A stretch of DNA of 64,000 nt, taken from contig JAISXR010000166.1 in assembly GCA_031270375.1 (NCBI GenBank), positions 6,920 to 70,919 of the forward strand. Reading direction: 5' to 3'. Source of the stretch: Synergistaceae bacterium (GTDB taxonomy: Bacteria; Synergistota; Synergistia; Synergistales; Synergistaceae). Both the position numbers and the translations under genes were made by a program. Shown here piece by piece: positions 47,602 through 56,722 of this stretch; positions within the stretch are counted from its first letter, which is position 1; each line of letters starts with the position of its first letter. The notes under the pieces are model-generated. The model was not told where the DNA came from. It saw only the letters and a program-made list of their open reading frames with translations, and ran no database searches.

Positions 47602-48396
47602 ATGCGCATGAAGATGATAGCTGGCAACTGGAAGTTGAACAACAATCAGGCTGCCACGAGAACATTCGTCCAAAACCTCGAATCTTGGTTCGCGGCCGAG
47701 CCGGCCGGCAAAAAAGCCGCGTCGGCTGCGGCTTCCGGCAAGATAGAAATCGTGATCGCCCCACCCTTTACTTCCATCGAGGCCGCCCGCGCGGCCAAAA
47801 AGAGCGAGATCATCCAGATAGCGGCGCAGAATGTCTATCACGAATCAAAGGGCGCTTTCACCGGCGAGGTATCGCTGTCCATGCTGGAGGAGGCCGGTTG
47901 CAAGTACGCGATAATCGGCCACAGCGAGCGCCGGCATGTGTTTCACGAGCCAGACGAGGCGCTTGAGAAGAAACTCATCGCAACGCTCGAGTCTCAGGTG
48001 CTGCCGATATTCTGCGTCGGAGAGCTGTTGGAGGAACGCTCCTCCGGGAACACCGAAAAAGTCCTTGCGAGACAGCTGGAGTCCGCGTGGAAATCGCTGA
48101 CGAGCGACGTGGTGGGCAAAATGGTGGTCATCGCATACGAGCCGGTATGGGCGATAGGAACAGGGCAGACCGCCTCCGACGCCGACGCGGAAAAAGCGTG
48201 TGATTATATCCGCTCTCTGGCGTTCGAAAAATTCGGCATAGCCGCGAGCGACTCGCTCCGGATACTCTACGGCGGTTCCGTGAAGCCGGAAAACAGCGCG
48301 TCGCTATGTTCGCAAAATGACATAGACGGCCTGCTGATAGGCGGAGCTTCTTTGGAAGTGGAATCGTTCGAGAAAATCATAGAGACGGCTGTTTAA
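47602..48396 (+). CDS. tpiA: Triosephosphate isomerase
   Basis: The motifs AGNWKLN, IIGHSERR, AYEPVWAIGTG and LIGGASL are present. Confidence 0.95.
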   Translation: MRMKMIAGNWKLNNNQAATRTFVQNLESWFAAEPAGKKAASAAASGKIEIVIAPPFTSIEAARAAKKSEIIQIAAQNVYHESKGAFTGEVSLSMLEEAGCKYAIIGHSERRHVFHEPDEALEKKLIATLESQVLPIFCVGELLEERSSGNTEKVLARQLESAWKSLTSDVVGKMVVIAYEPVWAIGTGQTASDADAEKACDYIRSLAFEKFGIAASDSLRILYGGSVKPENSASLCSQNDIDGLLIGGASLEVESFEKIIETAV

Positions 48397-48549
48397 AAAA
48401 TTTAAAAAAGCGAGAGTGCTGTTTTCCCAATGATTTCCATCGTTGTCTAAACGGCACTCTCGAATTATTGTCAGTTACGGTGTCTTCCCCTTAAACTCCG
48501 GGGAAATATATCGAGGACTGAACTCAACAGCGTCACGCAGCAGAACCGC

Positions 48550-49365
48550 TCATACCGCGCCAAACAGCCTTTTGCCGTTTTCCCATAAAGAGGCCGAAAA
48601 CTCATCCAGCCTCACCCCTCGCAACTGAGCGATTTTTTCGTAAACTTCGCGCACAAACGCCGGTTCGTTACGCTTCCCGCGATGCGTCTGCGGGGCTAGG
48701 TACGGCGAATCGGTCTCGCACAGTATGCGGTCAGTTGGGACATAAGCCGCGGCTTCGCGCAGTTCGGACGCTTTCGGATAGGTGATCGGGCCGGCAAACG
48801 AGATGTAAAAACCCAAATCCAAAGCTCTCCGCGCGTCGTCGACGCAGCCGGAAAAACAGTGAATCACTCCGCCCGATAAATTAGGGTGGTTCGCTATGGC
48901 CGCCATCGCCTCTCCGTAGGCGTCGCCTGCGTTTCTCGACGGGGCGTTTCTCAGGTGGACGAGTATGGGTTTTTTAGCCCGTTCAGCCCATTCCATCTGT
49001 GCCTCGAAGACATCCACCTGGACGTCGCGAGGGGAATTGTCGTAATAGTAGTCGAGCCCTATTTCACCTATGGCCGCGACCTCGCAATTTTCCACCAATT
49101 TTTCCAATTCTCGCGGCAAACCGCCGCGCACTGAGGCTGCCTCATGAGGGTGTACACCGGCGGAAGCAAGAAACGCGAGGTCCGGGCGTTTCACCTCGCG
49201 CGCGATACGAATGACCTCAAAGCTCGAATGAACGTCGCACGCCGCTAGGAGCGCGCACGTCACTCCCGCCTCGGCCGCCCTCGAAACGACGGCGTCGAAG
49301 TCGCCGTCGAACGCCTCCATGTCGAGATGGCAGTGCGAATCAAAAAGTTTTATCTCGCCGCTCAT
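48550..49365 (-). CDS. tatD: TatD family metal-dependent hydrolase
   Basis: It has FDSHCHLD, EIGLDY and the HCFSG motif. It lies downstream of metG. Confidence 0.85.
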   Translation of the reverse strand: MSGEIKLFDSHCHLDMEAFDGDFDAVVSRAAEAGVTCALLAACDVHSSFEVIRIAREVKRPDLAFLASAGVHPHEAASVRGGLPRELEKLVENCEVAAIGEIGLDYYYDNSPRDVQVDVFEAQMEWAERAKKPILVHLRNAPSRNAGDAYGEAMAAIANHPNLSGGVIHCFSGCVDDARRALDLGFYISFAGPITYPKASELREAAAYVPTDRILCETDSPYLAPQTHRGKRNEPAFVREVYEKIAQLRGVRLDEFSASLWENGKRLFGAV

Positions 49366-49383
49366 GACGCGCTGTGATTTGCC

Positions 49384-51375
49384 TCAGTGAACGGGCGCTC
49401 CGGGCGGGAAGCTATCGTCCACCGTCGCGAGCGAAATAATCTCTCCAGTGCCGTCGTCGGCCTCCGCCGCTAGGAGCATTCCGTTGCTTTCGATGCCGCG
49501 GAACTTCGCCGGTTTGAGATTGCAAAGAACGAGAATTTTTTTGCCGATCAGGTCCTCCGGGGTAAAAAATTCCCTTATGCTCGACACTATCACACGTCGC
49601 TCGAAACCGAGGTCGAGGTTGAGCTTGTAAAGTTTCTTGGCTTTCTCGACGCTCTCGACGCTCTCGATTTTCGCCACGCGTATCTCGAGTTTGCTGAAAT
49701 CGTCAATTTCTATCTGAGGTTTGTGTTCCGCGTCGAAAGCCGCCGACGCTTCTTTGTCTGCCGCAGGGTCGAGCGCGACCTGTCTTGCTTTCATCCGGGC
49801 GTCGTAGCCGATTTTCCACTTCGGTATGTCTATTCTGGGGAACAGCACTTCGCCCTTTTTCACCATGACCTCTCCGGTCAGTTTCCCCCAATTCCAATCG
49901 GGGTAGCGCTCTTCGGACGGGTTCCCGGCAAGGCCCAACTGCGCGTGAATCCGCGCGGCGGTATTCGGAATGAATGGGTGGACGAGCATGGCAACGAACC
50001 TCAGCACCTCCCAGAGCGTCAGCAAAACAATGTCGAGCCTTTCGTCCGGGTCGTCTTTTCCGAGTTTCCATGGCTGCGTCTCGTCGATGTATTTGTTTCC
50101 CGCGCCGATGAGCGTCCAAAGGGCCTTCAGAGCGCCGTCGAGCGAGAAATCGTCCATCCTGGCGTCCATGTCGGCCAGTGTGGAAACGGCCAAGTTGCGC
50201 AAAGCCGAGTCGATATCGCTCGAACGATCAAAGACCGAAGAGGGCGGCAGTTTGCCGTCCCTGTATTTTTCTATCATCTGGAGCGTGCGGTTCAACAGGT
50301 TCCCCATGTCGTTCGCGAGGTCCGAATTGACACGGTTCACGAGCGCCAGTTCCGAAAAATCGCCGTCGTTGCCGAACGGCACCTCGCGGAGGACGAAATA
50401 ACGGAACGCGTCCACACCGTATATATCCGCCATCTCGAAAGGGTTCACCACGTTGCCCTTCGACTTCGACATCTTGTCGCCCTCGACCGTCCACCAGCCG
50501 TGGGCAAACACGCGGACAGGCGGATTTAGGCCCATCGCCATCAGCACGGCGGGCCATATCACCGAGTGAAACCTGATGATATCCTTGCCGACCATGTGGC
50601 GCACGTTCGGCCAGCAGGTTTCCCACTTCTCGCCCTTCTCGGGGTAACCGACGGCCGAAATGTAGTTGATGAGGGCGTCGAGCCAAACGTACACCGTGTG
50701 GCGGTCGTTGCCCGGAACCGGTATGCCCCATTTGAGGGTCGTACGCGATACTGACAGGTCCTGAAGGCCGCTTCGGATGAAACTCATCACCTCGTTGTAA
50801 CGCGAGCGGGGCATTATGGCGTCCGGGTGAGCCTCGTAATGTTCTATCAGGGCGTCCTGGTATTTAGAGAGGCGGAAAAAGTAACTCTCTTCCGACATAC
50901 GCGTCAATGGCCGCTTGCAGTCGGGACATATTTTGTCGTCGCCCACCTGCGCGTCGGGGAAATAGGTCTCGCAAGGCGTACAATACCAGCCCTCGTAAGT
51001 GCCCATGTATATGTCGCCGCTCTCCATGAGCTTTTGGAAAAAATACCGCGTCACATGTATGTGGCGCTCCTCGGTGGTGCGTATGAAGTCGTCGTTCGAG
51101 ATATCGAGTACTTCCCACAGCTTTTTGTAGTTGGTCACCACCTCGTCACAGAGCTGTATGGGAGTCATACCGCGTTTTTCGGCCGCGGACTGTATCTTCT
51201 GGCCGTGCTCGTCGGTGCCGGTCAGGAAACGCGTGTCGTCGCCGCGCATCCGGTGCCAGCGAGCCAGCGCGTCGCACGCTATCGTCGTGTAGGCGTGCCC
51301 TATGTGAGGGACATCGTTCACGTAATATATCGGAGTGGTCAGATAAAATCTCTGCTTATTCTCTTTCTCGCTCAT
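49384..51375 (-). CDS. metG: Methionine--tRNA ligase with C-terminal EMAP/tRNA-binding domain
   Basis: It has the HIGH-type motif (PHIGHAYT), KMSKS, zinc-knuckle cysteines (CPDC) and a C-terminal OB-fold (LNLDLG...R.I.S). Confidence 0.95.
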   Translation of the reverse strand: MSEKENKQRFYLTTPIYYVNDVPHIGHAYTTIACDALARWHRMRGDDTRFLTGTDEHGQKIQSAAEKRGMTPIQLCDEVVTNYKKLWEVLDISNDDFIRTTEERHIHVTRYFFQKLMESGDIYMGTYEGWYCTPCETYFPDAQVGDDKICPDCKRPLTRMSEESYFFRLSKYQDALIEHYEAHPDAIMPRSRYNEVMSFIRSGLQDLSVSRTTLKWGIPVPGNDRHTVYVWLDALINYISAVGYPEKGEKWETCWPNVRHMVGKDIIRFHSVIWPAVLMAMGLNPPVRVFAHGWWTVEGDKMSKSKGNVVNPFEMADIYGVDAFRYFVLREVPFGNDGDFSELALVNRVNSDLANDMGNLLNRTLQMIEKYRDGKLPPSSVFDRSSDIDSALRNLAVSTLADMDARMDDFSLDGALKALWTLIGAGNKYIDETQPWKLGKDDPDERLDIVLLTLWEVLRFVAMLVHPFIPNTAARIHAQLGLAGNPSEERYPDWNWGKLTGEVMVKKGEVLFPRIDIPKWKIGYDARMKARQVALDPAADKEASAAFDAEHKPQIEIDDFSKLEIRVAKIESVESVEKAKKLYKLNLDLGFERRVIVSSIREFFTPEDLIGKKILVLCNLKPAKFRGIESNGMLLAAEADDGTGEIISLATVDDSFPPGAPVH

Positions 51376-52201
51376 TTTCGGCGGCCTCCCGCGACAAGAA
51401 TTTCTTCACCGTATTGCGCGCTATACCATAACTCTCATACAGCACGTTCGCGATTATTTTATCCCATATTCCCTCTTTTTTCATGCATGATGCCAAAATC
51501 GGCCAGCCGTAGCGCTCCTCGTCCTGTTTCGGACAATCAGCGCCCTCCGTCACGAGCAACATCTCGCCCTTCAGCTCCCGCGTTCGCGACACGAGAACGA
51601 GTTCTCCCAACGTCCCGCGAATCGCCTCCTGATGGACTTTGCTGATCTCGCGAACCAGAGCCGCGCGGCGTTCGCCGAACGCGTTGAGCGCCGACGCCAG
51701 AAACGCCGCGAGGTCGTGCGGGGCGACGCAAAAAATCAACGCATCGCGGATGTCCGCCAGCTCCGATAATGCCGACTCGACCTCCGAGCCGCTTCCGGTG
51801 ACAAATCCGGCGAAATGAAACCCGCGCGTGACTATCCCCGACATCAACAGCGCGGGCAGTATCGCGTTCGCCCCCGGCAGGGCGTCGACCGAAAAACCGC
51901 CCTCTATGGCCGCCGCCGCCAAAATCTGTCCCGGGTCAGATATTCCCGGAGTGCCCGCGTCCGACACCAGAGCGACGTTCTCCCCCCTCCCAAGGCGTTC
52001 GAGTATCTCGCCGGTGCGCGTCCGCTCGTTGTGTCTGTGATATGAGATCAAAGGCTTTCGGATGTCGTAGCGATTGAGCAGTTTGAGCGTGCGCCGAGTG
52101 TCCTCGCACGCGATTACGTCCGCGTCCCTCAATGCGTCGAGCCCGCGCATGGTCATGTCGCGCAGATTCCCGACGGGCGTCGGTACGATCACGAGCGGCA
52201 T
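51356..52201 (-). CDS. rsmI: 16S rRNA (cytidine1402-2'-O)-methyltransferase
   Basis: It belongs to the tetrapyrrole methylase family (PLVIVPTPVGNL.D.T.R....L...D.I.CEDTR). The long arginine-rich N-terminal extension of the tracked ORF overlaps trmN6 out of frame and was trimmed off. Confidence 0.85.
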   Translation of the reverse strand: MPLVIVPTPVGNLRDMTMRGLDALRDADVIACEDTRRTLKLLNRYDIRKPLISYHRHNERTRTGEILERLGRGENVALVSDAGTPGISDPGQILAAAAIEGGFSVDALPGANAILPALLMSGIVTRGFHFAGFVTGSGSEVESALSELADIRDALIFCVAPHDLAAFLASALNAFGERRAALVREISKVHQEAIRGTLGELVLVSRTRELKGEMLLVTEGADCPKQDEERYGWPILASCMKKEGIWDKIIANVLYESYGIARNTVKKFLSREAAENERERE

Positions 52202-53007
52202 TGCGTAAGAGGGTCCAGGGAGCTCGCTCCCTGGCGGGTTCGGGCAGCGCCCGAGGTTTTGTCCGCGGTTTGAGGGCAATCCTCCAGCTTGTACGCCGCG
52301 AGCAGTTCTTCTGTATAATTTCCGTCCGCGCCGTATATGAACAGCGGCGGCTCCACGGACACGCCGTCCCCTGACGCGCGCTTCGCCTCGACCAGCACGA
52401 CGGACGCGGCGCGGCCGGGTTTCGGATGCACGGCGCGCATCCTCTTGGGCTTCACGTTGTGCCGGTGAAGCAGGCAGAAAAGTTCTCCCAGTCTCTTGGC
52501 TCTCATCACGAGAAAAAATTTTCCCCCATTTCGCAAAAGGTACTTCGCGCAGATGACCGCGTCCTCGAGCGTGCACTGTTCCCCGTGCATCGCCGTCGCC
52601 ATGCCGGCGTCAGGACTCGGTCTGCTGGAGCCAGGCTCGTCGTATGGCGGGTTCATCACCACGGTGTCGTAAGTTTCAGCCTCGAAATCGCGTCTGTGTT
52701 CGCGAAGATCCGCGGCCGAAAACGAGACGCGTTCCTCCATGCCGTTCAATCGGGCGTTACGTAACGCCAATTCGACGAGCGATGGATTGATGTCGATTCC
52801 CTCGAAAAACGCGCGCGGCGCGCGGCGCGCCATTATAAGGCTGACGGCCCCGTGCGCGCATCCCAGCTCCATCACTTTCGCGCGCTCCTTGACACGCGCG
52901 AAGTGTGCCAGCAAAACGGTATCGACACTCACGCGCGGCCCGCGCCCCTCAAGCGGCTGATGAACTTTTATCTCGCCGTACAATATATCCGTGGGTTCCG
53001 GCTTCAT
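52189..53007 (-). CDS. tRNA (adenine-N6)-methyltransferase, TrmN6/YfiC/YabB-like
   Basis: It has an SAM-binding motif (VMELGCAHG) and the catalytic NPPY motif. It sits upstream of rsmI, as yabB-yabC do in Firmicutes. Confidence 0.7.
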   Translation of the reverse strand: MKPEPTDILYGEIKVHQPLEGRGPRVSVDTVLLAHFARVKERAKVMELGCAHGAVSLIMARRAPRAFFEGIDINPSLVELALRNARLNGMEERVSFSAADLREHRRDFEAETYDTVVMNPPYDEPGSSRPSPDAGMATAMHGEQCTLEDAVICAKYLLRNGGKFFLVMRAKRLGELFCLLHRHNVKPKRMRAVHPKPGRAASVVLVEAKRASGDGVSVEPPLFIYGADGNYTEELLAAYKLEDCPQTADKTSGAARTRQGASSLDPLTQCRS

Positions 53008-53132
53008 TGCTTTCCTCCGTCTTGAAAAACTTCACGGCACAACAAGCGTCAATATTTTAACAGCAAGGGGAGGTATTGTATAATTGAAGAGCATGCTTGT
53101 ATGTGAACGATGGAAGGATGGAGGGGATTTTC

Positions 53133-54140
53133 ATGAACGGTTACGAAAGGTGCGCGGCGGTTCTTAGGGATGAGCGCCCCGACAGGACGCCGTTTTTTCC
53201 GCTGCTGATGTTTTTCGCGGCGGACAGGAGCGGCATGGCATATCGCGAATACGCTTCCGACGGACATTCTCTCGCTTCCGCCCAGATAAACATGGCCGAA
53301 AATTACCATGTCGACGCGGTTACGGTCAGCAGCGACGCGTTCCGCCTGTGTGCCGATCTCGGAGGCGGCATGGTGTTTCCTGAAAATCAAACCCCTTACA
53401 TGCCGAGCCCGCTCGTCAAGGACGAATCCGACCTTCGTTCGCTGAAAATCCCCGATCCTCGGCGTAAAGGCAGCCGTATGAAAGACAGGTTGGACGCTGT
53501 TTCGGAGCTTCGGCGTTCGATGGGGAACCGGACGATGATATTCGGGTGGGTGGAGATGCCCTTTGCTGAGGCCTGCAATGTCTGCGGACTCGCTAATTTC
53601 ATGATGATGCTGATCGACGCGCCGGAATTGGCGCATTCGGTGCTGGAATTCATTACGGGCATAGAGATAGATTTCGCGCGCGCGCAGATCGAAGCGGGCG
53701 CTCACGCGATAGGGTGCGGGGATGCCGCGGCCTCGATGATTTCGGCGCCCCTCTTTCGAGAGTTCGCGCTGCCTTACGAGCACAGAGTGAACGAGGCGGC
53801 GCATGCGGCGGGAAGTTTCACCAAACTGCACATGTGCGGCAACTCGACACATCTTCTGGGGGATTTGTCGGCGAACGGCTCGGACATCTACAATGTCGAC
53901 CACATGGTCGACCTCGCCCTGGCGGGAAATATCTATTCGAGTGCCGGAGGCACGGTCAAAGGCAACGTAAATCCGGTGACCGACCTGATGTCCGCCACGC
54001 CTGAGCACGCGCGTGACGCCGCCCGGAGATGCGTCGAGTCGACGCGCGGCAAAAAGTTCATGCTCGGCGCGGGATGCGAGATACCCGCCGCCACGAGCGA
54101 CGAAGTGTTCTTCGCCTTCGCGGACGCGGTAAATGAGTAA
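53133..54140 (+). CDS. Uroporphyrinogen decarboxylase (URO-D) family protein, MtaA/CmuA-like methyltransferase candidate
   Basis: The N-terminus (R.....G...DR.P..P) and C-terminal pattern (HMCGN, GCE.P) fit the URO-D/MtaA fold. The start was trimmed to the ATG at 53133, which has a GGAGGGG ribosome-binding site. Confidence 0.65.
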   Translation: MNGYERCAAVLRDERPDRTPFFPLLMFFAADRSGMAYREYASDGHSLASAQINMAENYHVDAVTVSSDAFRLCADLGGGMVFPENQTPYMPSPLVKDESDLRSLKIPDPRRKGSRMKDRLDAVSELRRSMGNRTMIFGWVEMPFAEACNVCGLANFMMMLIDAPELAHSVLEFITGIEIDFARAQIEAGAHAIGCGDAAASMISAPLFREFALPYEHRVNEAAHAAGSFTKLHMCGNSTHLLGDLSANGSDIYNVDHMVDLALAGNIYSSAGGTVKGNVNPVTDLMSATPEHARDAARRCVESTRGKKFMLGAGCEIPAATSDEVFFAFADAVNE

Positions 54141-54172
54141 ACGCCGATTACTATCCAATAAGGGGGATATTT

Positions 54173-54676
54173 TTGGCCGGTGAAGCTGTGAAAATCAGGG
54201 CGGTGAAAACGGAGGACGCGCCGGACATCAATCGGATACGCACGATGAGCGGTGTTCGCGAGAATATCATCAGCATAACCAGCGAGCGAATCGTTGATAC
54301 TGAGAAATATATCCGCGAACTCACCGCGAATGATCACATGCTGGTAGCCGAGTTTGACGGCGCGGTTGTCGGCTGTGTGTCTCTGCATGTCCAGTCTATG
54401 CCTCGCGCAAGACATTCGGCGTCCCTTGGGATAATGGTCGACGCCGACTACCAGAGGCAAGGTATCGGCGGGACATTGATGGCGGCCGCTCTTGATCTGG
54501 CAGATAATTGGCTGATGCTTAAACGGGTCGAACTGGACGTGTTCGTCGACAACGAACACGCAATCTCCCTCTATCGAAGTCTTGGTTTCGTAGTGGAGGG
54601 AACGAAAAAATACGCCGCCGCGCGCGACGGCGAGTACGTGGACTGTTATCTGATGGCGAGGTACGGCAAGTTGTGA
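54173..54676 (+). CDS. GNAT family N-acetyltransferase
   Basis: It has the motif A sequence QRQGIGGTLMAAAL and then N..AI.LY..LGF. Confidence 0.75.
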   Translation: MAGEAVKIRAVKTEDAPDINRIRTMSGVRENIISITSERIVDTEKYIRELTANDHMLVAEFDGAVVGCVSLHVQSMPRARHSASLGIMVDADYQRQGIGGTLMAAALDLADNWLMLKRVELDVFVDNEHAISLYRSLGFVVEGTKKYAAARDGEYVDCYLMARYGKL

Positions 54677-54710
54677 CGAGAGCGAAACCTGGCTTCCGCA
54701 AACATGATAA

Positions 54711-56627
54711 TCACCGTTCCCGCGCGTCGTAAATTTCACTCGCCCTCGCGGTCGCGCGCGCGACGGTCGCCGCGTTGACGCTTTTGAGCTTTAAGAGTCC
54801 CTTGCCCTCCATCTCGTCGAGTTTGTTTTTGGCCGATGGCTCGCCGTCCATCTGGGCGAGCGCGTACCACATGTACGCGTTTTCCAGATTTTTTCCGTCG
54901 GGGGCCGACGCGCGCCCGTCGCGGTACATGTCGCCGAGCTTCATGGCCGCCCTCGGCAATCCCTGACGCGCGGCAGTCTCGTAATATCGGGCCGACTCGC
55001 CCAAATCTTTCAGGCCGTCCGCGGTCTCCAAAATTTCGCCCAACTGTCCCGCCGCGTAAGCATCGCCGGCGTCCGCCGGGCCCGCGAACAATTCGGCGGC
55101 CTTGGCCGGGTCGGCGGCCACGCCGCGCCCCGTCATGTACATGTCGGCGAGGAACGTTTTCGCGTTCGCGCTGACGCCCGAGTAACGCTCCGCTATCGGC
55201 AGAAGAGCCTCCCAGGACGAGGGTGCGGCGGACGCGAGGCGCCTCTCCGTCTCCTTGCGCAAATTCGCTGCGTTACGAAACGTTTCCGCTGCCGCGGTAT
55301 CCTGAAAGGGGAGTGATGCCCCAGAGAGACGGAGGAGAATTTGAAACGGCAGAGGATCGCCCGCGTCCGCGCCGAGCGCTTGTGTCATCAGTGACGCGGC
55401 GATGTTCGTGTCGCCGCGGAACCATGCGACGAGCCCTCTTTCGGCAAAGGCACCTCCCTCGTTCGCAGTGCCGAAACCTCTTTCGCGCGCGGCCTGAAGC
55501 GCCTGCACCTCATCGAGAAAAACGCCGGCGTCGAGCGTGCCGTTTTCGATGTCGCGCAGCGCGAGCGCGCTGATGTCGCGCTCGGCGCCGAAGTCGATGT
55601 TTATGGATATTTGCTCCCGGGCTTTCGCGGCGTTCCCTGCCGCGTAATACATGACGCCCACAAAGAGGTTGTCGGCCCAGTTCTCCCTCTGGATGTTTTC
55701 CGCGATAATATCGAGCTGGGCCGAAATTTCGGCGTTCGCGGCACCAGCGCCGGACAAGGCGCGCGCCCTCATCTTGGCGGCCTCTGCCTTGTAGGGATCG
55801 CGTCGCAGCACCGGACGCCATGCGCGGTCGAATTCGGCCAGATATTTCGCTATGGCCGCCTCGTCGCCGATTTCCCGCGCCGCCGCCGCGCGATAGTACC
55901 AGAACGGGGCGTACATAGCGAAGTTTCGTTCGAGGGCGTTCAGCATACGTAAGCTTTTCGTCCTGTCGGGTTCGAGGACGGCTTTGTCGAAATCGCTCAG
56001 GTCACGCTGCGCGAGACGGTACTCGTCAGGCAGGCCGTAGCGTCGGACGAGCGTCCACGATGTATCCAACAGCCGTTCCTGAAGGCGTGTGAGATCCTCG
56101 ACGTTCTCGCGCTCCAATTTTCGAAGCTCGTCAGGCAGGTCGCTCGTTTTTTCGGCCGCGAACGCCGTGATCCCGAAATATCCCGCCAGCTCTCCGGCGA
56201 GAATATTTCCGACGAGGCTCCAGGGCGCGGACGGCGCCGCGGCGAATTTCGCTATCAGGGCGGAGAGGCGTTTTTTCTCCCTCGAATCGTATTCCTCCCT
56301 CACGCGCGCCGCTTCGTCCTGACGCAGCGTCTTTTTGCCTATCGTGTCGATCAGTTCGAGGTAGAGCGCCTTGAGTTCCGGATCGTCCTCGATGTTCCCC
56401 AGGTACAGGTTGTCGATGATATTTTCGTATTCGGCGTTCAGCGTGACGCGGTCTTCCGACGAAGCCACGCGGTTGATCGACACGATCGCCATATTGAGCG
56501 CGTTCATGGTGTGAATCGGATCATATGCCGCGTCCGCCGCGTCGGCATTCCGGCCCGAAATGGCGGCTGCCGTGAGCGAAACCGCCGCGGCAAGAACGAG
56601 ACGAATAAATTTCAATTTGGTCCTCAT
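54711..56627 (-). CDS. Secreted protein with C-terminal Sel1-like (SLR/TPR) repeats
   Basis: It has an N-terminal signal peptide (KFIRLVLAAAVSLTAAAISG). The C-terminal repeats follow the pattern A...Y..AA..G...A...LG.MY..G. The N-terminal region of about 400 aa is unrecognised. Confidence 0.55.
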   Translation of the reverse strand: MRTKLKFIRLVLAAAVSLTAAAISGRNADAADAAYDPIHTMNALNMAIVSINRVASSEDRVTLNAEYENIIDNLYLGNIEDDPELKALYLELIDTIGKKTLRQDEAARVREEYDSREKKRLSALIAKFAAAPSAPWSLVGNILAGELAGYFGITAFAAEKTSDLPDELRKLERENVEDLTRLQERLLDTSWTLVRRYGLPDEYRLAQRDLSDFDKAVLEPDRTKSLRMLNALERNFAMYAPFWYYRAAAAREIGDEAAIAKYLAEFDRAWRPVLRRDPYKAEAAKMRARALSGAGAANAEISAQLDIIAENIQRENWADNLFVGVMYYAAGNAAKAREQISINIDFGAERDISALALRDIENGTLDAGVFLDEVQALQAARERGFGTANEGGAFAERGLVAWFRGDTNIAASLMTQALGADAGDPLPFQILLRLSGASLPFQDTAAAETFRNAANLRKETERRLASAAPSSWEALLPIAERYSGVSANAKTFLADMYMTGRGVAADPAKAAELFAGPADAGDAYAAGQLGEILETADGLKDLGESARYYETAARQGLPRAAMKLGDMYRDGRASAPDGKNLENAYMWYALAQMDGEPSAKNKLDEMEGKGLLKLKSVNAATVARATARASEIYDARER

Positions 56628-56722
56628 AAAAATCCCTCCAAGCTCTTCCTGTTGTTTCTTTACCGATAATATTATAAACTAACGCAAGTTTGGAACACGT
56701 AATTTCGAGAGGGGATCGTTTT

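Noticed and set aside
45019-47841. Long minus-strand ORFs (298, 220, 369 and 253 aa) across gap and pgk
   Set aside because: All are antisense to canonical glycolytic genes, have biased composition and contain no motifs.
52202-52576. A 125-codon N-terminal extension of the rsmI ORF
   Set aside because: It is Arg-rich and low in complexity, and it overlaps the trmN6-like gene out of frame. The conserved RsmI N-terminus (MPLVIVPTPVGNL) begins at 52201.
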